Positions 9,417-19,731 of a DNA stretch of 64,000 bases are shown here, piece by piece. A program made the position numbers and the translations under genes. Where the stretch lies: NCBI GenBank assembly GCA_048265145.1, contig JBLXCF010000008.1, forward strand, positions 67,570 through 131,569. The letters run 5' to 3'. The stretch comes from Aequorivita sp. (GTDB lineage Bacteria; Bacteroidota; Bacteroidia; Flavobacteriales; Flavobacteriaceae). Within the stretch, counting starts at the first letter, position 1; the number at the start of each line of letters is the position of its first letter. The notes under the pieces were generated by a model, which was given only the letters and a program-made list of their open reading frames with translations, did not search any database and had not been told where the DNA came from.

Positions 9417-10277
9417 ATGACCCTAATAACAGACGGAGGTTCCACAAAATGTGATTGGGTGCTGCTCGATGCTGCCGGCAAACCATTACTTAAAACGGCT
9501 ACCTTGGGTCTAAATCCAACCGTTGTGCCGAAAGAGGAATTAGCGCTTCGAATAACATCCAACAAATCGTTGAAACCAATTTTTTCAAAAGTGAACACCT
9601 TGGATTTTTTTGGAGCTGGTTGCGGTACCCCCTCGCCCCGGCAGCTTCTAAAAGATGTTTTACAGGAGCTTTTTTTCAAAGCAAAAGTTAACGTATATGA
9701 AGATATTGCGGCGGCGGTATTTTCAGTAACCGAAAAACCTGGCATAGTGTGCATTTTGGGCACCGGAAGCAACAGTTGCTATTTTGACGGAACACAGATC
9801 CACGCGCCCATTCCTTCCTTGGGCTATATTTTGATGGACGAAGCCAGTGGAAATTACTTCGGAAAAAAATTGATCCGCGATTATTTTTACCACAACATGC
9901 CCAAGGAGATAGCTGCGGAATTCAACAAAAATTTCAATCTCAATGCCGATGACATAAAAATGAACCTGTACAAAAAATCCAACCCGAACGCCTATTTGGC
10001 CTCTTTTGCACAATTCATTTTTTCACAGGAGGAAATTACGCCCTATTTTTATTCAATTTTAAAGGAAGGCATCTCCAATTTTATTAATTGTAGAATTCTA
10101 ACCTTCAAAAATGCGCATGAGGCGCCCATTCATTTTGTAGGGTCCATTGCCCATTATTCAAAACCCATTATTGAAGAATGTTTTAAAGAACAACAATTAC
10201 ACCTCGGAAATATCGTTCAAAAGCCAATAGATGGATTAATAGCGCATTACAAAAGAATAATTTTAAAGAGCCATTGA
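9417..10277 (+). CDS. BadF/BadG-type sugar kinase (N-acetylglucosamine kinase-like)
   Basis: DGGSTKCDW, GAGCG, ILGTGSN and DEASG motifs. Confidence 0.85.
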   Translation: MTLITDGGSTKCDWVLLDAAGKPLLKTATLGLNPTVVPKEELALRITSNKSLKPIFSKVNTLDFFGAGCGTPSPRQLLKDVLQELFFKAKVNVYEDIAAAVFSVTEKPGIVCILGTGSNSCYFDGTQIHAPIPSLGYILMDEASGNYFGKKLIRDYFYHNMPKEIAAEFNKNFNLNADDIKMNLYKKSNPNAYLASFAQFIFSQEEITPYFYSILKEGISNFINCRILTFKNAHEAPIHFVGSIAHYSKPIIEECFKEQQLHLGNIVQKPIDGLIAHYKRIILKSH

Positions 10278-10320
10278 AATAGCACATTTGAAATTCCAAA
10301 CCGCCATTTAAAACCCTAAA

Positions 10321-11892
10321 ATGTCCCTACCCAATATAAATCCCACCAATACGGAAGCTTGGAAACAGCTACAACTTCATTTTTCTGAAATTAAGGACCT
10401 TCAAATGCAGGACATTTTCAAAAGGGATCCCGAACGGGCAACTCGATTTTGCATTGAGTGGGACGAAATGTATTTCGATTATTCAAAAAACAGAATTACC
10501 GATGAAACCCTGCGTCTATTGCTGAAACTTGCCGAAGAAGTGAAACTTGCAGAAGCCATAACACAACAGTTTGGCGGTAAAAATATTAACGAAACCGAAA
10601 ACAGGGCGGTACTGCACACGGCCCTTCGGGATTTTGATTCCATGAAACCCGAGGTGAGGGAAACGCTCCAAAAGATGAAGCATTTTGCTGCATCCATCCA
10701 AAGTGGCGCCCACAAAGGGTTTACTGGCAAAAAAATTACAACACTAGTAAATATAGGAATTGGCGGAAGTCATCTAGGCCCTGAAATGGTCACAGAGGCG
10801 CTGCAATTCTATCGGAATGGATTGCAAGTTCATTTTATTGCAAATGTCGATGGCGATGATGTTGCAGAAAAATTAAAGCTATGCCATCCCGAAACAACCG
10901 TGTTTGTTATTGTATCTAAAAGTTTCACGACCCAAGAAACCATCGCGAATGCTACGGTTGTTAAAAATTGGTTTTTAAAAAGCGCATCGCAAAACGATAT
11001 CCCAAACCATTTTGTGGCAGTGTCCGCAAACGTTGATGCAGCCATAGCTTTTGGGATTTCAAGGGAACACATTTTTCCAATGGACAATGGGGTGGGCGGG
11101 AGATTTTCGCTGTGGGGTTCCGTGGGCCTTTCCATTTGCTGTGCCGTGGGTCCCGAAAATTTTGAAGAACTGCTTCGGGGTGCCTTTAAAATGGATCAAC
11201 ATTTTAAAAATGAAAGTTTCCACAAAAACATACCGGTGCTACAAGCCTTGCTATCCGTATGGTACAACAATTTTTTTAAAGCGGAAAGTGAAGCTGTGGT
11301 AGCCTATACCCAATACCTTCAAAAATTGGTTCCCTATCTTCAGCAGGCTGTAATGGAAAGCAATGGCAAAAGTATGGATAGAAACGGTGCAAAAATAAAC
11401 TATCAAACCGGCACCATAGTTTGGGGAAATGTTGGCACCAATGCCCAACACGCGTTTTTTCAGTTATTACACCAAGGCACTAAGCTCATTCCGGTGGATT
11501 TTATAGGCTTTTCCAAACCCTTATATGACCAGGTTGAAAATCACCAAATTTTAATGGCAAACTTTTTTGCGCAAACAGAGGCTTTGTGGGAAGGAACCTA
11601 TTCCACCCAAGTAGAGGCTTATAAATTTTTTGAGGGCAATAGGCCGACAAATTCCTTGCTTATTAAAAAACTAAGCCCCAAAAATCTTGGTGCATTAATA
11701 GCGCTTTACGAACATAAAATTTTCGTCCAGGGAATACTTTGGAACATCTTCAGCTACGACCAATGGGGTGTGGAATTGGGCAAAACTGTGGCAAAGGAAA
11801 CCTTAAAGGCCCTCAAGGAAAAGAAAACCTCACTGATGAAAAATGCTTCCACAGAATACCTTTTGGCCCAATTTTTAAAAAATTCAGAGTAA
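10321..11892 (+). CDS. pgi: Glucose-6-phosphate isomerase
   Basis: IGIGGSHLGP, VSKSFTTQET, GGRFSLW, MESNGK and DQWGVELGK motifs. Confidence 0.95.
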   Translation: MSLPNINPTNTEAWKQLQLHFSEIKDLQMQDIFKRDPERATRFCIEWDEMYFDYSKNRITDETLRLLLKLAEEVKLAEAITQQFGGKNINETENRAVLHTALRDFDSMKPEVRETLQKMKHFAASIQSGAHKGFTGKKITTLVNIGIGGSHLGPEMVTEALQFYRNGLQVHFIANVDGDDVAEKLKLCHPETTVFVIVSKSFTTQETIANATVVKNWFLKSASQNDIPNHFVAVSANVDAAIAFGISREHIFPMDNGVGGRFSLWGSVGLSICCAVGPENFEELLRGAFKMDQHFKNESFHKNIPVLQALLSVWYNNFFKAESEAVVAYTQYLQKLVPYLQQAVMESNGKSMDRNGAKINYQTGTIVWGNVGTNAQHAFFQLLHQGTKLIPVDFIGFSKPLYDQVENHQILMANFFAQTEALWEGTYSTQVEAYKFFEGNRPTNSLLIKKLSPKNLGALIALYEHKIFVQGILWNIFSYDQWGVELGKTVAKETLKALKEKKTSLMKNASTEYLLAQFLKNSE

Positions 11893-11925
11893 ACTCCAAA
11901 CCACAAACCATAAACCACAAACATT
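11891..11925 (+). repeat. Heptamer tandem repeat (AAACCAY-like x5)
   Basis: AAACTCC AAACCAC AAACCAT AAACCAC AAACATT. Confidence 0.8.
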
Positions 11926-11971
11926 TTTAGTATCTTTCAAACGTAAACTCCCCGTTTATACTAACTGAATT

Positions 11972-13513
11972 ATGCTAACAAAAGTTTATGGAAGCGCCGT
12001 TTTTGGCGTGGAGGCAACCACCATTACCGTTGAGGTGAATGTGGATAGCGGCATTGGCTATCATTTGGTTGGCTTGCCGGACAATGCCATTCGCGAAAGC
12101 AATTTCCGCATAGCAGCGGCCCTGCAGAACAACGGCTACAAAATTCCCGGCAAAAAACTGATCCTCAATATGTCGCCCGCAGACCTTCGGAAAGAAGGTT
12201 CTGCCTATGATCTTCCCCTCGCTATGGGCATCCTCGTGGCTACGGAACAAATTCAGGCTGGTTTTCTGCTTTCCAATTTCATCATTATGGGTGAACTTTC
12301 TTTAGATGGAAATTTGCAACCCATTCGCGGTGCGTTGCCCATTGCTTTGAAAGCTAAAGAAGAAGGATTTAAAGGATTTATTCTTCCGAAACAGAATGCG
12401 AAAGAAGCCGCCATTGTTGAGGGAATTGATGTTTACGGAGTAGAAAACATTAAGCAGGTAATCGATTTTTTTAACGAAAAGAGACCGCTTAGAAAAACAG
12501 AAGTTGATCTGGAAGCCGAATTTTATGAGCACCTAGAACATCCCGAACACGACTTTGCAGATGTAAAAGGGCAGGAATCCATTAAACGCTGTATGGAAAT
12601 TGCCGCCGCCGGAGGCCACAATATTATCTTGATAGGCCCTCCGGGCTCCGGAAAAACGATGCTCGCCAAGCGTCTGCCAAGCATCCTGCCGCCCATGACC
12701 CTGCAGGAAAGTTTGGAAACCACAAAAATACACAGTGTTGCCGGACGCACTCTAGAAAAAGGAGGTATTATGACCTCGCGTCCTTTTCGGAGCCCGCACC
12801 ATACCATTAGCGACGTTGCACTCGTCGGCGGTGGGCAATACCCACAGCCGGGAGAGATTAGCCTGGCCCACAATGGCGTGTTGTTTTTGGATGAATTGCC
12901 AGAGTTTAAACGCGGAGTGCTTGAGGTAATGCGGCAGCCGCTGGAAGACCGCGATGTAACCATTTCCAGGGCAAAATTTACCGTTACCTATCCCTCCAGT
13001 TTTATGCTCGTGGCGAGTATGAACCCAAGTCCCGGAGGTTATTTTAACGACCCGGATGCGCCTGTAATGTCCTCGCCCGCCGAAATGCAACGGTATTTGA
13101 GCAAAATTTCCGGTCCGCTGTTGGACCGGATCGATATACACATTGAAGTAACGCCAGTACCTTTTGAAAAATTGAGCGATGAACGCCGCGGCGAATCCAG
13201 TATAGTTATTCGGGAAAGGGTTACCAACGCCCGAAAAATTCAGGCAACCCGTTTTTTAGAATATGAAAATATCCATTACAATGCCCAAATGGGCGTAAAG
13301 CAGATCCGACAATTTTGCAAGCTAGATGAAACTTCATTGCAACTTTTGAAAACCGCGATGGAACGATTAAACCTTTCTGCACGTGCGTATGACCGCATAT
13401 TAAAAGTGGCCCGCACTATTGCCGATTTGGAAGCTTCTGAAGAAATAAACGGCAACCATATTTCCGAAGCAATTCAATACCGCAGCTTGGATCGGGAGGG
13501 GTGGTTTGGATGA
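11972..13513 (+). CDS. yifB: YifB/ComM family Mg-chelatase-like AAA+ ATPase
   Basis: [36 protein letters not shown] and GPLLDRID motifs. Confidence 0.93.
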   Translation: MLTKVYGSAVFGVEATTITVEVNVDSGIGYHLVGLPDNAIRESNFRIAAALQNNGYKIPGKKLILNMSPADLRKEGSAYDLPLAMGILVATEQIQAGFLLSNFIIMGELSLDGNLQPIRGALPIALKAKEEGFKGFILPKQNAKEAAIVEGIDVYGVENIKQVIDFFNEKRPLRKTEVDLEAEFYEHLEHPEHDFADVKGQESIKRCMEIAAAGGHNIILIGPPGSGKTMLAKRLPSILPPMTLQESLETTKIHSVAGRTLEKGGIMTSRPFRSPHHTISDVALVGGGQYPQPGEISLAHNGVLFLDELPEFKRGVLEVMRQPLEDRDVTISRAKFTVTYPSSFMLVASMNPSPGGYFNDPDAPVMSSPAEMQRYLSKISGPLLDRIDIHIEVTPVPFEKLSDERRGESSIVIRERVTNARKIQATRFLEYENIHYNAQMGVKQIRQFCKLDETSLQLLKTAMERLNLSARAYDRILKVARTIADLEASEEINGNHISEAIQYRSLDREGWFG

Positions 13514-13604
13514 TGAACTGCCTTTCCGTTTTAACTTATTTTTAAGACTGAAACCCACCTCACATAGTATCTTTAAAATTTCCAAAAGATAAAATAGATT
13601 TATT

Positions 13605-16472
13605 ATGATTAAACCTTCCCAATTTCTCGGCGTTGCCGGAATCGTCCTTACAACGCTGGCAATTTTTTCTTGTAAGTCAAAACAAGAGTCGGCTGATGCT
13701 ACAAGCGCCCAGCTATCGGTTCCTTTTGAAAAATATGAACTCGCCAATGGCCTTGATGTTGTGCTCCACCAAGACAAGAGCGACCCCATTGTTTCCGTCG
13801 CCATTCAATATGGTGTCGGGTCCAATCGCGAAAAAAAGGGTCGCACCGGTTTTGCCCATTTATTTGAACATATGCTTTTTCAGGAATCTGAAAACGTGCC
13901 TCAGGACCAATTTTTCAAGACCATCCAGGATGCCGGTGGCACCTTGAATGGGGGCACCTGGAAGGATGGTACAATCTATTATGAAGTGGTCCCGAAAAAC
14001 GCCATGGAAACTGTGATGTGGTTGGAGAGCGACCGCATGGGGTTTCTTATTAACACTGTTACGGAAGCGGCTTTTTACAACCAACAAGAAGTGGTGCAAA
14101 ACGAAAAACGCCAGCGGGTCGACAACAATCCGTATGGGCATACCAGTTATGTGCTCGACAAAAATTTGTATCCCGAAGGACATCCTTACAGCTGGCAGGT
14201 AATTGGCGAACTGGAGGACCTGCAAAACGCGACAGTGGAAGACGTACGTCAATTCTATGATCATTTCTACGGACCCAACAACGCAACATTGGTACTCGCA
14301 GGCGATTTTGACACTGTAGAAGCCAAGGCAATGATCGAAAAATATTTTGGCGAAATTAAAAGACGCCAAGAGGTAGCCCCACTGCAACCGCAGCCCGTTA
14401 CGCTTTCAGAAACCAGAAGACTTTTTCACGAAGATAATTTTGCCACTGCGCCACAACTCAATATGGTTTGGCCCACCGTTCAACACTATACCGCAGATGC
14501 CTACGCGCTTAATTTTTTGGGCGAAATCCTTTCCAGCGGAAAAAAGGCCCCTTTATATAAAATTTTGGTTAAACAAAGAGATTTGACTGCCAAGACCACT
14601 GCCTATAATAATTCAAGTGAACTGGCCGGGGATTTCCAAATCACCATTACCGCCAACAATGGCGTCGATTTGGATTCCATTGAAAGTGGTATTAATGATG
14701 CTTTTGCCCTTTTTGAGAAAGAAGGCGTAACCGACCGCGATATTGAAAGGATCAAAGCGGGTTTGGAAACCAAGTTTTACAATGGCATCAGCAGTGTTTT
14801 GGGGAAATCGTTTCAGCTGGCGCGCTACAATGTATTTACGGGAGATCCTGGCTTTATTGCGCAAGATATTGAAAACATAAAAATGGTCACAAAAGAGGAT
14901 GTGATGCGCGTTTATAACAAATACATTAAAGATAAGCCCTACGTAATGACCAGTTTTGTGCCGAAGGGACAGCTCAATTTAATTGCCGAAAATTCAGAAA
15001 AGGCGAGTGTTGTGGAAGAGCAAATTAAGGAAAATGTAGCCAAAACCATTGAAAATGCTCCCGCTGAAATAGTAAAAACCCCCTCCAAATTTGATAGGTC
15101 CAAGCCACCCGTTCGGGGAACGGCACCCGCGCTCAATATTCCAGAAATGTGGCAGGTAGAACTTGACAATGGTATAAAAGTTTCTGGGATTTTCCAAAAT
15201 GAAATTCCGACCGTAAATTTTAGTTTGGTATTGGAAGGAGGCCATTTGTTGGACGATATGCAAAAAAATGGTGTTGCCAATCTCATGAGCGAAATTTTAA
15301 TGGAGGGTACTACCAACAAAACCCCCGAAGAATTGGAAGAGGCCATCGACCTGTTGGGGGCGAGCATCAATATGTACACCACCAATGAATCCATTGTTGT
15401 TCGGGGCACTTCCTTGACCCGAAATTTTGACGAAACCATGGATCTGGTTACCGAAATTCTCCTGGAACCGCGCTGGGACCAGGCAGAATTGGAGCGTATT
15501 AAAACAAAGACCATTAACGAAATAGAGCGTTCCGATGCCAATCCAAATGTAGTTGCAAATCGGGTCTATAACAAAATCCTTTATGGCGACGACCATATTT
15601 TTAGCTATCCCACAGTCGGTACCGTCGCATCAGTAGGCGCTATTACTATGGAAGATTTAAAGGCTTTTTACTCGAATAACTTTTCACCTTCCATTAGCAC
15701 TTTTCAGGTAGTGGGCAAAATTGGGAAAGATGCCGTTCTAAAGGAGTTAAGAGGCCTTGAAACTCGTTGGGCGGCAAAGGAAGTCACCATTCCGGAATAT
15801 CCCGTGGCCAATACTCGCGAAAAAGCTTCTCTTTATTTTGTGGATATACCCAATGCCAAGCAGTCGGTTATCAATATTGGCTACATTGCCTTGCCTCGAA
15901 CCAATTCCGATTTTTATCCCGCGGAAGTGATGAACTATAAACTCGGCGGTTCCTTTTCCGGCAACGTAAACTTGATCCTTCGGGAAGAAAAAGGGTATAC
16001 CTATGGTGCACGCACCAACTTCAGCGGAAGCAAAAACACCGGAACATTTACCGCTTCTTCCAGTGTTCGAACCAATACCACAGGGGAATCTGTTCAAATT
16101 TTTAGGGATGAAATTTCAAAATATAAGGAAGGAATTTCACCAGAGGATTTGGAATTTACCAAAAATGCTCTGGTAAAGTCCAATGCGCGCCGTTTCGAAA
16201 CCCAGGGTTCCCTTTTGGGCATGTTGCAGGAAATGAACACCTATAACCTGCCTGCAAATTATATTGAAAAGGAAGAGGCAATCGTTCAGAATATGACGCT
16301 GGAACAACACAAATCCTTGGCCAATAAATATTTGGATGCTTCCAAAATGGCGTATCTGGTTGTCGGCGATGCCGCAACGCAGTTTGAACAATTCAAAAAA
16401 ATGGGTTTTGATGAAGTAAAGCTACTGGATAAAAGCGGCGAGGAGATAAAGTTGCAAGATGTGAAGCCCTAA
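13605..16472 (+). CDS. M16 (pitrilysin) family zinc protease, lipoprotein
   Basis: FAHLFEH inverted zinc motif, lipobox-like IFSC, second M16 half with LREEKGYTYG. Confidence 0.93.
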   Translation: MIKPSQFLGVAGIVLTTLAIFSCKSKQESADATSAQLSVPFEKYELANGLDVVLHQDKSDPIVSVAIQYGVGSNREKKGRTGFAHLFEHMLFQESENVPQDQFFKTIQDAGGTLNGGTWKDGTIYYEVVPKNAMETVMWLESDRMGFLINTVTEAAFYNQQEVVQNEKRQRVDNNPYGHTSYVLDKNLYPEGHPYSWQVIGELEDLQNATVEDVRQFYDHFYGPNNATLVLAGDFDTVEAKAMIEKYFGEIKRRQEVAPLQPQPVTLSETRRLFHEDNFATAPQLNMVWPTVQHYTADAYALNFLGEILSSGKKAPLYKILVKQRDLTAKTTAYNNSSELAGDFQITITANNGVDLDSIESGINDAFALFEKEGVTDRDIERIKAGLETKFYNGISSVLGKSFQLARYNVFTGDPGFIAQDIENIKMVTKEDVMRVYNKYIKDKPYVMTSFVPKGQLNLIAENSEKASVVEEQIKENVAKTIENAPAEIVKTPSKFDRSKPPVRGTAPALNIPEMWQVELDNGIKVSGIFQNEIPTVNFSLVLEGGHLLDDMQKNGVANLMSEILMEGTTNKTPEELEEAIDLLGASINMYTTNESIVVRGTSLTRNFDETMDLVTEILLEPRWDQAELERIKTKTINEIERSDANPNVVANRVYNKILYGDDHIFSYPTVGTVASVGAITMEDLKAFYSNNFSPSISTFQVVGKIGKDAVLKELRGLETRWAAKEVTIPEYPVANTREKASLYFVDIPNAKQSVINIGYIALPRTNSDFYPAEVMNYKLGGSFSGNVNLILREEKGYTYGARTNFSGSKNTGTFTASSSVRTNTTGESVQIFRDEISKYKEGISPEDLEFTKNALVKSNARRFETQGSLLGMLQEMNTYNLPANYIEKEEAIVQNMTLEQHKSLANKYLDASKMAYLVVGDAATQFEQFKKMGFDEVKLLDKSGEEIKLQDVKP

Positions 16473-16492
16473 AAAGCAACCCAGAGGCAAAC

Positions 16493-16542
16493 ACCACGAA
16501 AGAGCCAAGCTAACATAGGTTTGGGATTTTCGTGGTTTTTTT
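16493..16542 (+). terminator. Probable intrinsic terminator
   Basis: ACCACGAAA/TTTCGTGGT stem followed by a T-run. Confidence 0.6.
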
Positions 16543-16575
16543 ATTTAATATCTTTAACGCCAAATATTTTAACTC

Positions 16576-17703
16576 ATGCAAAAAGCCCTCTTAATTTTAA
16601 CCGCGCTTGCCCTTTTTTCAAATTGTGAATCAAAAAGAAAGGAAGAGTCACCAGCATCTTCAACCTTTAGAGAAAGCCACTCAAAATCGTTCCCGGAACC
16701 CACTTTCAGTTTGGAAGAAGCAAATAAATTGTTGGCCCTTCCGCTGCATTGCGTCGGCACCAAGTATCCCTACAAGCCTAGTGGTACCCTGCAAAACAAG
16801 GCCGATTTGAAGGAACCGATCGTTTTGCATCCAATTTTTTATGGCTGCTTTGATTGGCACAGCGCGGTGCACGGGTATTGGTCTATGGTTCGCTTGCTGA
16901 AACAATTCCCCGAAATGGAAAACGCCGAGGCCGCCCGTAAAATTTTAAATGAGAGGATCACTCCCAAAAACGTGGCCATTGAAGTGGCCTATTTTGAAAA
17001 GCCAAGCAACAAAACCTTTGAACGGACCTATGGATGGGCCTGGTTGTTGAAACTCTCGGAAGAACTTCATACATGGAACGACCCATTTGCAAACCAGTTG
17101 GCCCAAAACCTGCAACCGCTAACCGATGTAATTGTGCTTCGGTTTAAAGACTTTCTTCCAAAACTTAACTATCCTATCCGGGTGGGAGAGCACACCAACA
17201 CAGCTTTCGGACTAACTTTGGCTTTTGATTATGCGGTGGCAACCCAGGATTTCGAGCTCAGGAATCTAATCGAAAAACGCGCGAGGGACTTTTATTTTAA
17301 GGACGAAAATTGCCCGATAAATTGGGAGCCTAGCGGCTCAGATTTTCTATCGCCTTGTTTGGAAGAAGTAGATATTATGCGTCGAATTTTGCCAAAAAAC
17401 GAATTTCTTGCTTGGATGAAAGCGTTTATGCCCCAATTGGCAATGAAAGATTATCACCTAAACGTGGGTGAAGTTAGTGACAGAACCGATGGAAAATTGG
17501 TGCATCTGGATGGGCTGAATTTCAGTAGGGCCTGGGTATTCTATGGCTTGGCAACTGAATTTCCCCAATATAAACATCTTCACAATCTGGCTAACGAGCA
17601 CGTGGCCTATTCGTATAAGAATTTGGTTGGCGACAGCTATGAAGGCGGCCATTGGCTGGGGAGTTTTGCTATATATGCCTTGAATACATTGCACCAACAC
17701 TAG
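16576..17703 (+). CDS. DUF2891 family lipoprotein
   Basis: HPIFYGCFDWHSAVHGYW, FERTYGWAW, WEPSG.DFLSPCL, HLDGLNFSRAW and YEGGHWL motifs. Confidence 0.85.
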   Translation: MQKALLILTALALFSNCESKRKEESPASSTFRESHSKSFPEPTFSLEEANKLLALPLHCVGTKYPYKPSGTLQNKADLKEPIVLHPIFYGCFDWHSAVHGYWSMVRLLKQFPEMENAEAARKILNERITPKNVAIEVAYFEKPSNKTFERTYGWAWLLKLSEELHTWNDPFANQLAQNLQPLTDVIVLRFKDFLPKLNYPIRVGEHTNTAFGLTLAFDYAVATQDFELRNLIEKRARDFYFKDENCPINWEPSGSDFLSPCLEEVDIMRRILPKNEFLAWMKAFMPQLAMKDYHLNVGEVSDRTDGKLVHLDGLNFSRAWVFYGLATEFPQYKHLHNLANEHVAYSYKNLVGDSYEGGHWLGSFAIYALNTLHQH

Positions 17704-17805
17704 TTGGCTTTAATGGAATTTTACCTTCGGAAATAGGGTTGGCAGCCTAGGGCTGCAAATCCTTAGAAATTTTGGGGTTTGTATGATTTATTCTTACACT
17801 TTCAC

Positions 17806-17840
17806 AGGAAAAACCCTTTTTCGGCAATAGGATTTTCCCT
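17806..17840. promoter_or_regulatory. Pair of AGGA-N4-CCCT boxes, candidate response-regulator sites
   Basis: AGGAAAAACCCT (17806) and AGGATTTTCCCT (17829), 23 bp apart, upstream of the four-gene cassette. Confidence 0.45.
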
Positions 17841-17919
17841 TTTTATTCCTGTTTTGAAATACAAATTTGATTGTTTTTTATACATTCGTCCCAATTAACT
17901 GAATAATTCAATTTTAATT

Positions 17920-18270
17920 ATGTCAAAACCAGCAAATTGTATTCCCGTTTCCGAAGCCAGACAGTTACAGGATAATTGGGTGGCCACGCGCGCCATAGAT
18001 ATTGAACGAGCCATGGGCTCTGCGGATACACGCGAGTTTTTATTCAGCGTGGCCGAACTTCAGCAATTCCTGGATTATATTAAATCAAATGCCGGATTGG
18101 GGGCACAACCCGGAGTCCGTATCTATTTGGCGGCCTATGACAGCCCAACCAATGATAAGGCCACCGTTTTTTTGGCACCGACGAACGGAATTACCGCCGG
18201 AGCCCCGAACAACTATAATTTAGAGCCTTTAAACCGTTCCATTAGTGGTTTTCCACCAACCAATTATTAA
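17920..18270 (+). CDS. Small hypothetical protein (116 aa), first gene of the signalling cassette
   Basis: AT-rich leader and ATG. GVRIY..AY and TVFLAPT core with C-terminal LN..I.GFPP.NY. No signal peptide. Confidence 0.85.
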   Translation: MSKPANCIPVSEARQLQDNWVATRAIDIERAMGSADTREFLFSVAELQQFLDYIKSNAGLGAQPGVRIYLAAYDSPTNDKATVFLAPTNGITAGAPNNYNLEPLNRSISGFPPTNY

Positions 18271-18271
18271 T

Positions 18272-18976
18272 GTGATAGCATCCCTTTTTGCAAATTTTTT
18301 GGAATTATTGGCCTTTGTGGTTGGAATTTATTATTACCAAAAACATAAGGATCGGCCTACTTTTTATTTGGTGGGCTTTTTGGGCTTTACTTTTTTTTCC
18401 GAAGTGTTTAGTTGGTATGCCTATTTCGTCCAGACGGGCCCCTTGGCCTTCCTTCGCGACACTCCTTTTCAGAGCAATTATTGGGCTGGCAATATTTATT
18501 CCTTGGTCAGTTATTTGTTTTATATCAATTATTTCAAATGGTTTCTTTCAACAAAGAGGTCCGTTGTCCTGTTGCATTGGGCCTCTATTTGTTTTATAGC
18601 CCTCAGCTTGCTGGAAATTGTTTTTTCGGGCGACTTTTTCTATCGCTTTATCCCCGTTACAAATATTGTAGGCACGCTGTTCGTTTTTTTGAGCATTGGG
18701 TTTTATTATTTAGAACTGCTAAAGAGCGACCAAATATTGTTGGTGCAAAAGAGTTTGCCGTTTTATGTTTCCGTGGGTGCTCTAATTTTTCACCTGTGCA
18801 CCACGCCTTTGTTTCTGTACAGCGTGTATTATAGCAATTCCGTTGATCCGGGCTTTGTAAGTTTGTATAGACAGATTATCTTTGGAACAAACTACTTGTT
18901 GTACTCCATCTATATTGCTGGTTTTTTGATATGCTTCAGGAAAAAGGACCCTTACTTCCACAAGAAAAACTTTTAA
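18272..18976 (+). CDS. ~7-TM integral membrane protein, putative sensor subunit
   Basis: About seven hydrophobic segments. The GTG at 18272 is preferred over the overlapping GTG at 18245. Confidence 0.8.
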   Translation: MIASLFANFLELLAFVVGIYYYQKHKDRPTFYLVGFLGFTFFSEVFSWYAYFVQTGPLAFLRDTPFQSNYWAGNIYSLVSYLFYINYFKWFLSTKRSVVLLHWASICFIALSLLEIVFSGDFFYRFIPVTNIVGTLFVFLSIGFYYLELLKSDQILLVQKSLPFYVSVGALIFHLCTTPLFLYSVYYSNSVDPGFVSLYRQIIFGTNYLLYSIYIAGFLICFRKKDPYFHKKNF

Positions 18977-19731
18977 TAGTTTATTTTATTGCGATACTTC
19001 TGTTTTTTGCGGTTTTCGCCATTGTATTTGTGATTGCATTCCAACGCCGAAAAAACAAGTTTCTCAAAGACCGCTTTGAAGCTGAAAAACGCTACCAGCG
19101 CGAACTGGCAAATTCACAAATTGAAATTCAGGAGCAGACGCTAAAAAACATTGCCTGGGAACTGCACGATAATGTGGGGCAATTGCTGTCGGTGGCCAAT
19201 ATTCAATTGAATGTACTGATGAATGCCGCTCCCGAAACCTTTCACGGCCAGATAAAGGAAACCAAGGGAATTGTGCAGGAAACCGTACAGGAAATACGCT
19301 CGCTTTCCAAAGTGCTCAACAATGATGTGGTCCTGAAAAACGGACTGCTGAAATCGCTTCAAGTAGAGCTGGACCGTTTTAACCGTTTGGATTATTTAAA
19401 GGCCTCGTTGGAAATTTCGGGAGATATCATCCCGATAAACAATGCCAGTGAAATTATTATATTCCGTATTTTACAGGAATTTCTTTCCAATGTGATAAAA
19501 CACGCCAAGGCTTCCTCACTGACCGTCCGATTGACCTATGGCGATCAATGGCTTGAAATTTTGGCTATTGACAACGGCGTTGGGTTTGAAATTTCACAAA
19601 AAACCGATAGTTCCGGAATGGAAACCATGAAGAGCCGTGCCAATCTCTTAAACGCAGATTTTGCAATAGTTTCCGAAAAGGGAAAAGGTACACAGCTCTT
19701 TTTAAAATATCCCTATAAAAAAATAGCATGA
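18931..19731 (+). CDS. HisKA_3 sensor histidine kinase with a single N-terminal TM and no sensor domain
   Basis: IAWELHDNVGQLL H-box, QEFLSNVIKHA N-box, DNGVGF and GKGT. Confidence 0.92.
   Translation: MLQEKGPLLPQEKLLIVYFIAILLFFAVFAIVFVIAFQRRKNKFLKDRFEAEKRYQRELANSQIEIQEQTLKNIAWELHDNVGQLLSVANIQLNVLMNAAPETFHGQIKETKGIVQETVQEIRSLSKVLNNDVVLKNGLLKSLQVELDRFNRLDYLKASLEISGDIIPINNASEIIIFRILQEFLSNVIKHAKASSLTVRLTYGDQWLEILAIDNGVGFEISQKTDSSGMETMKSRANLLNADFAIVSEKGKGTQLFLKYPYKKIA

Noticed and set aside
18272-18976. 7-TM protein as a microbial rhodopsin
   Set aside because: There is no lysine in the last helix (IIFGTNYLLYSIYIAGFLIC) for retinal attachment.
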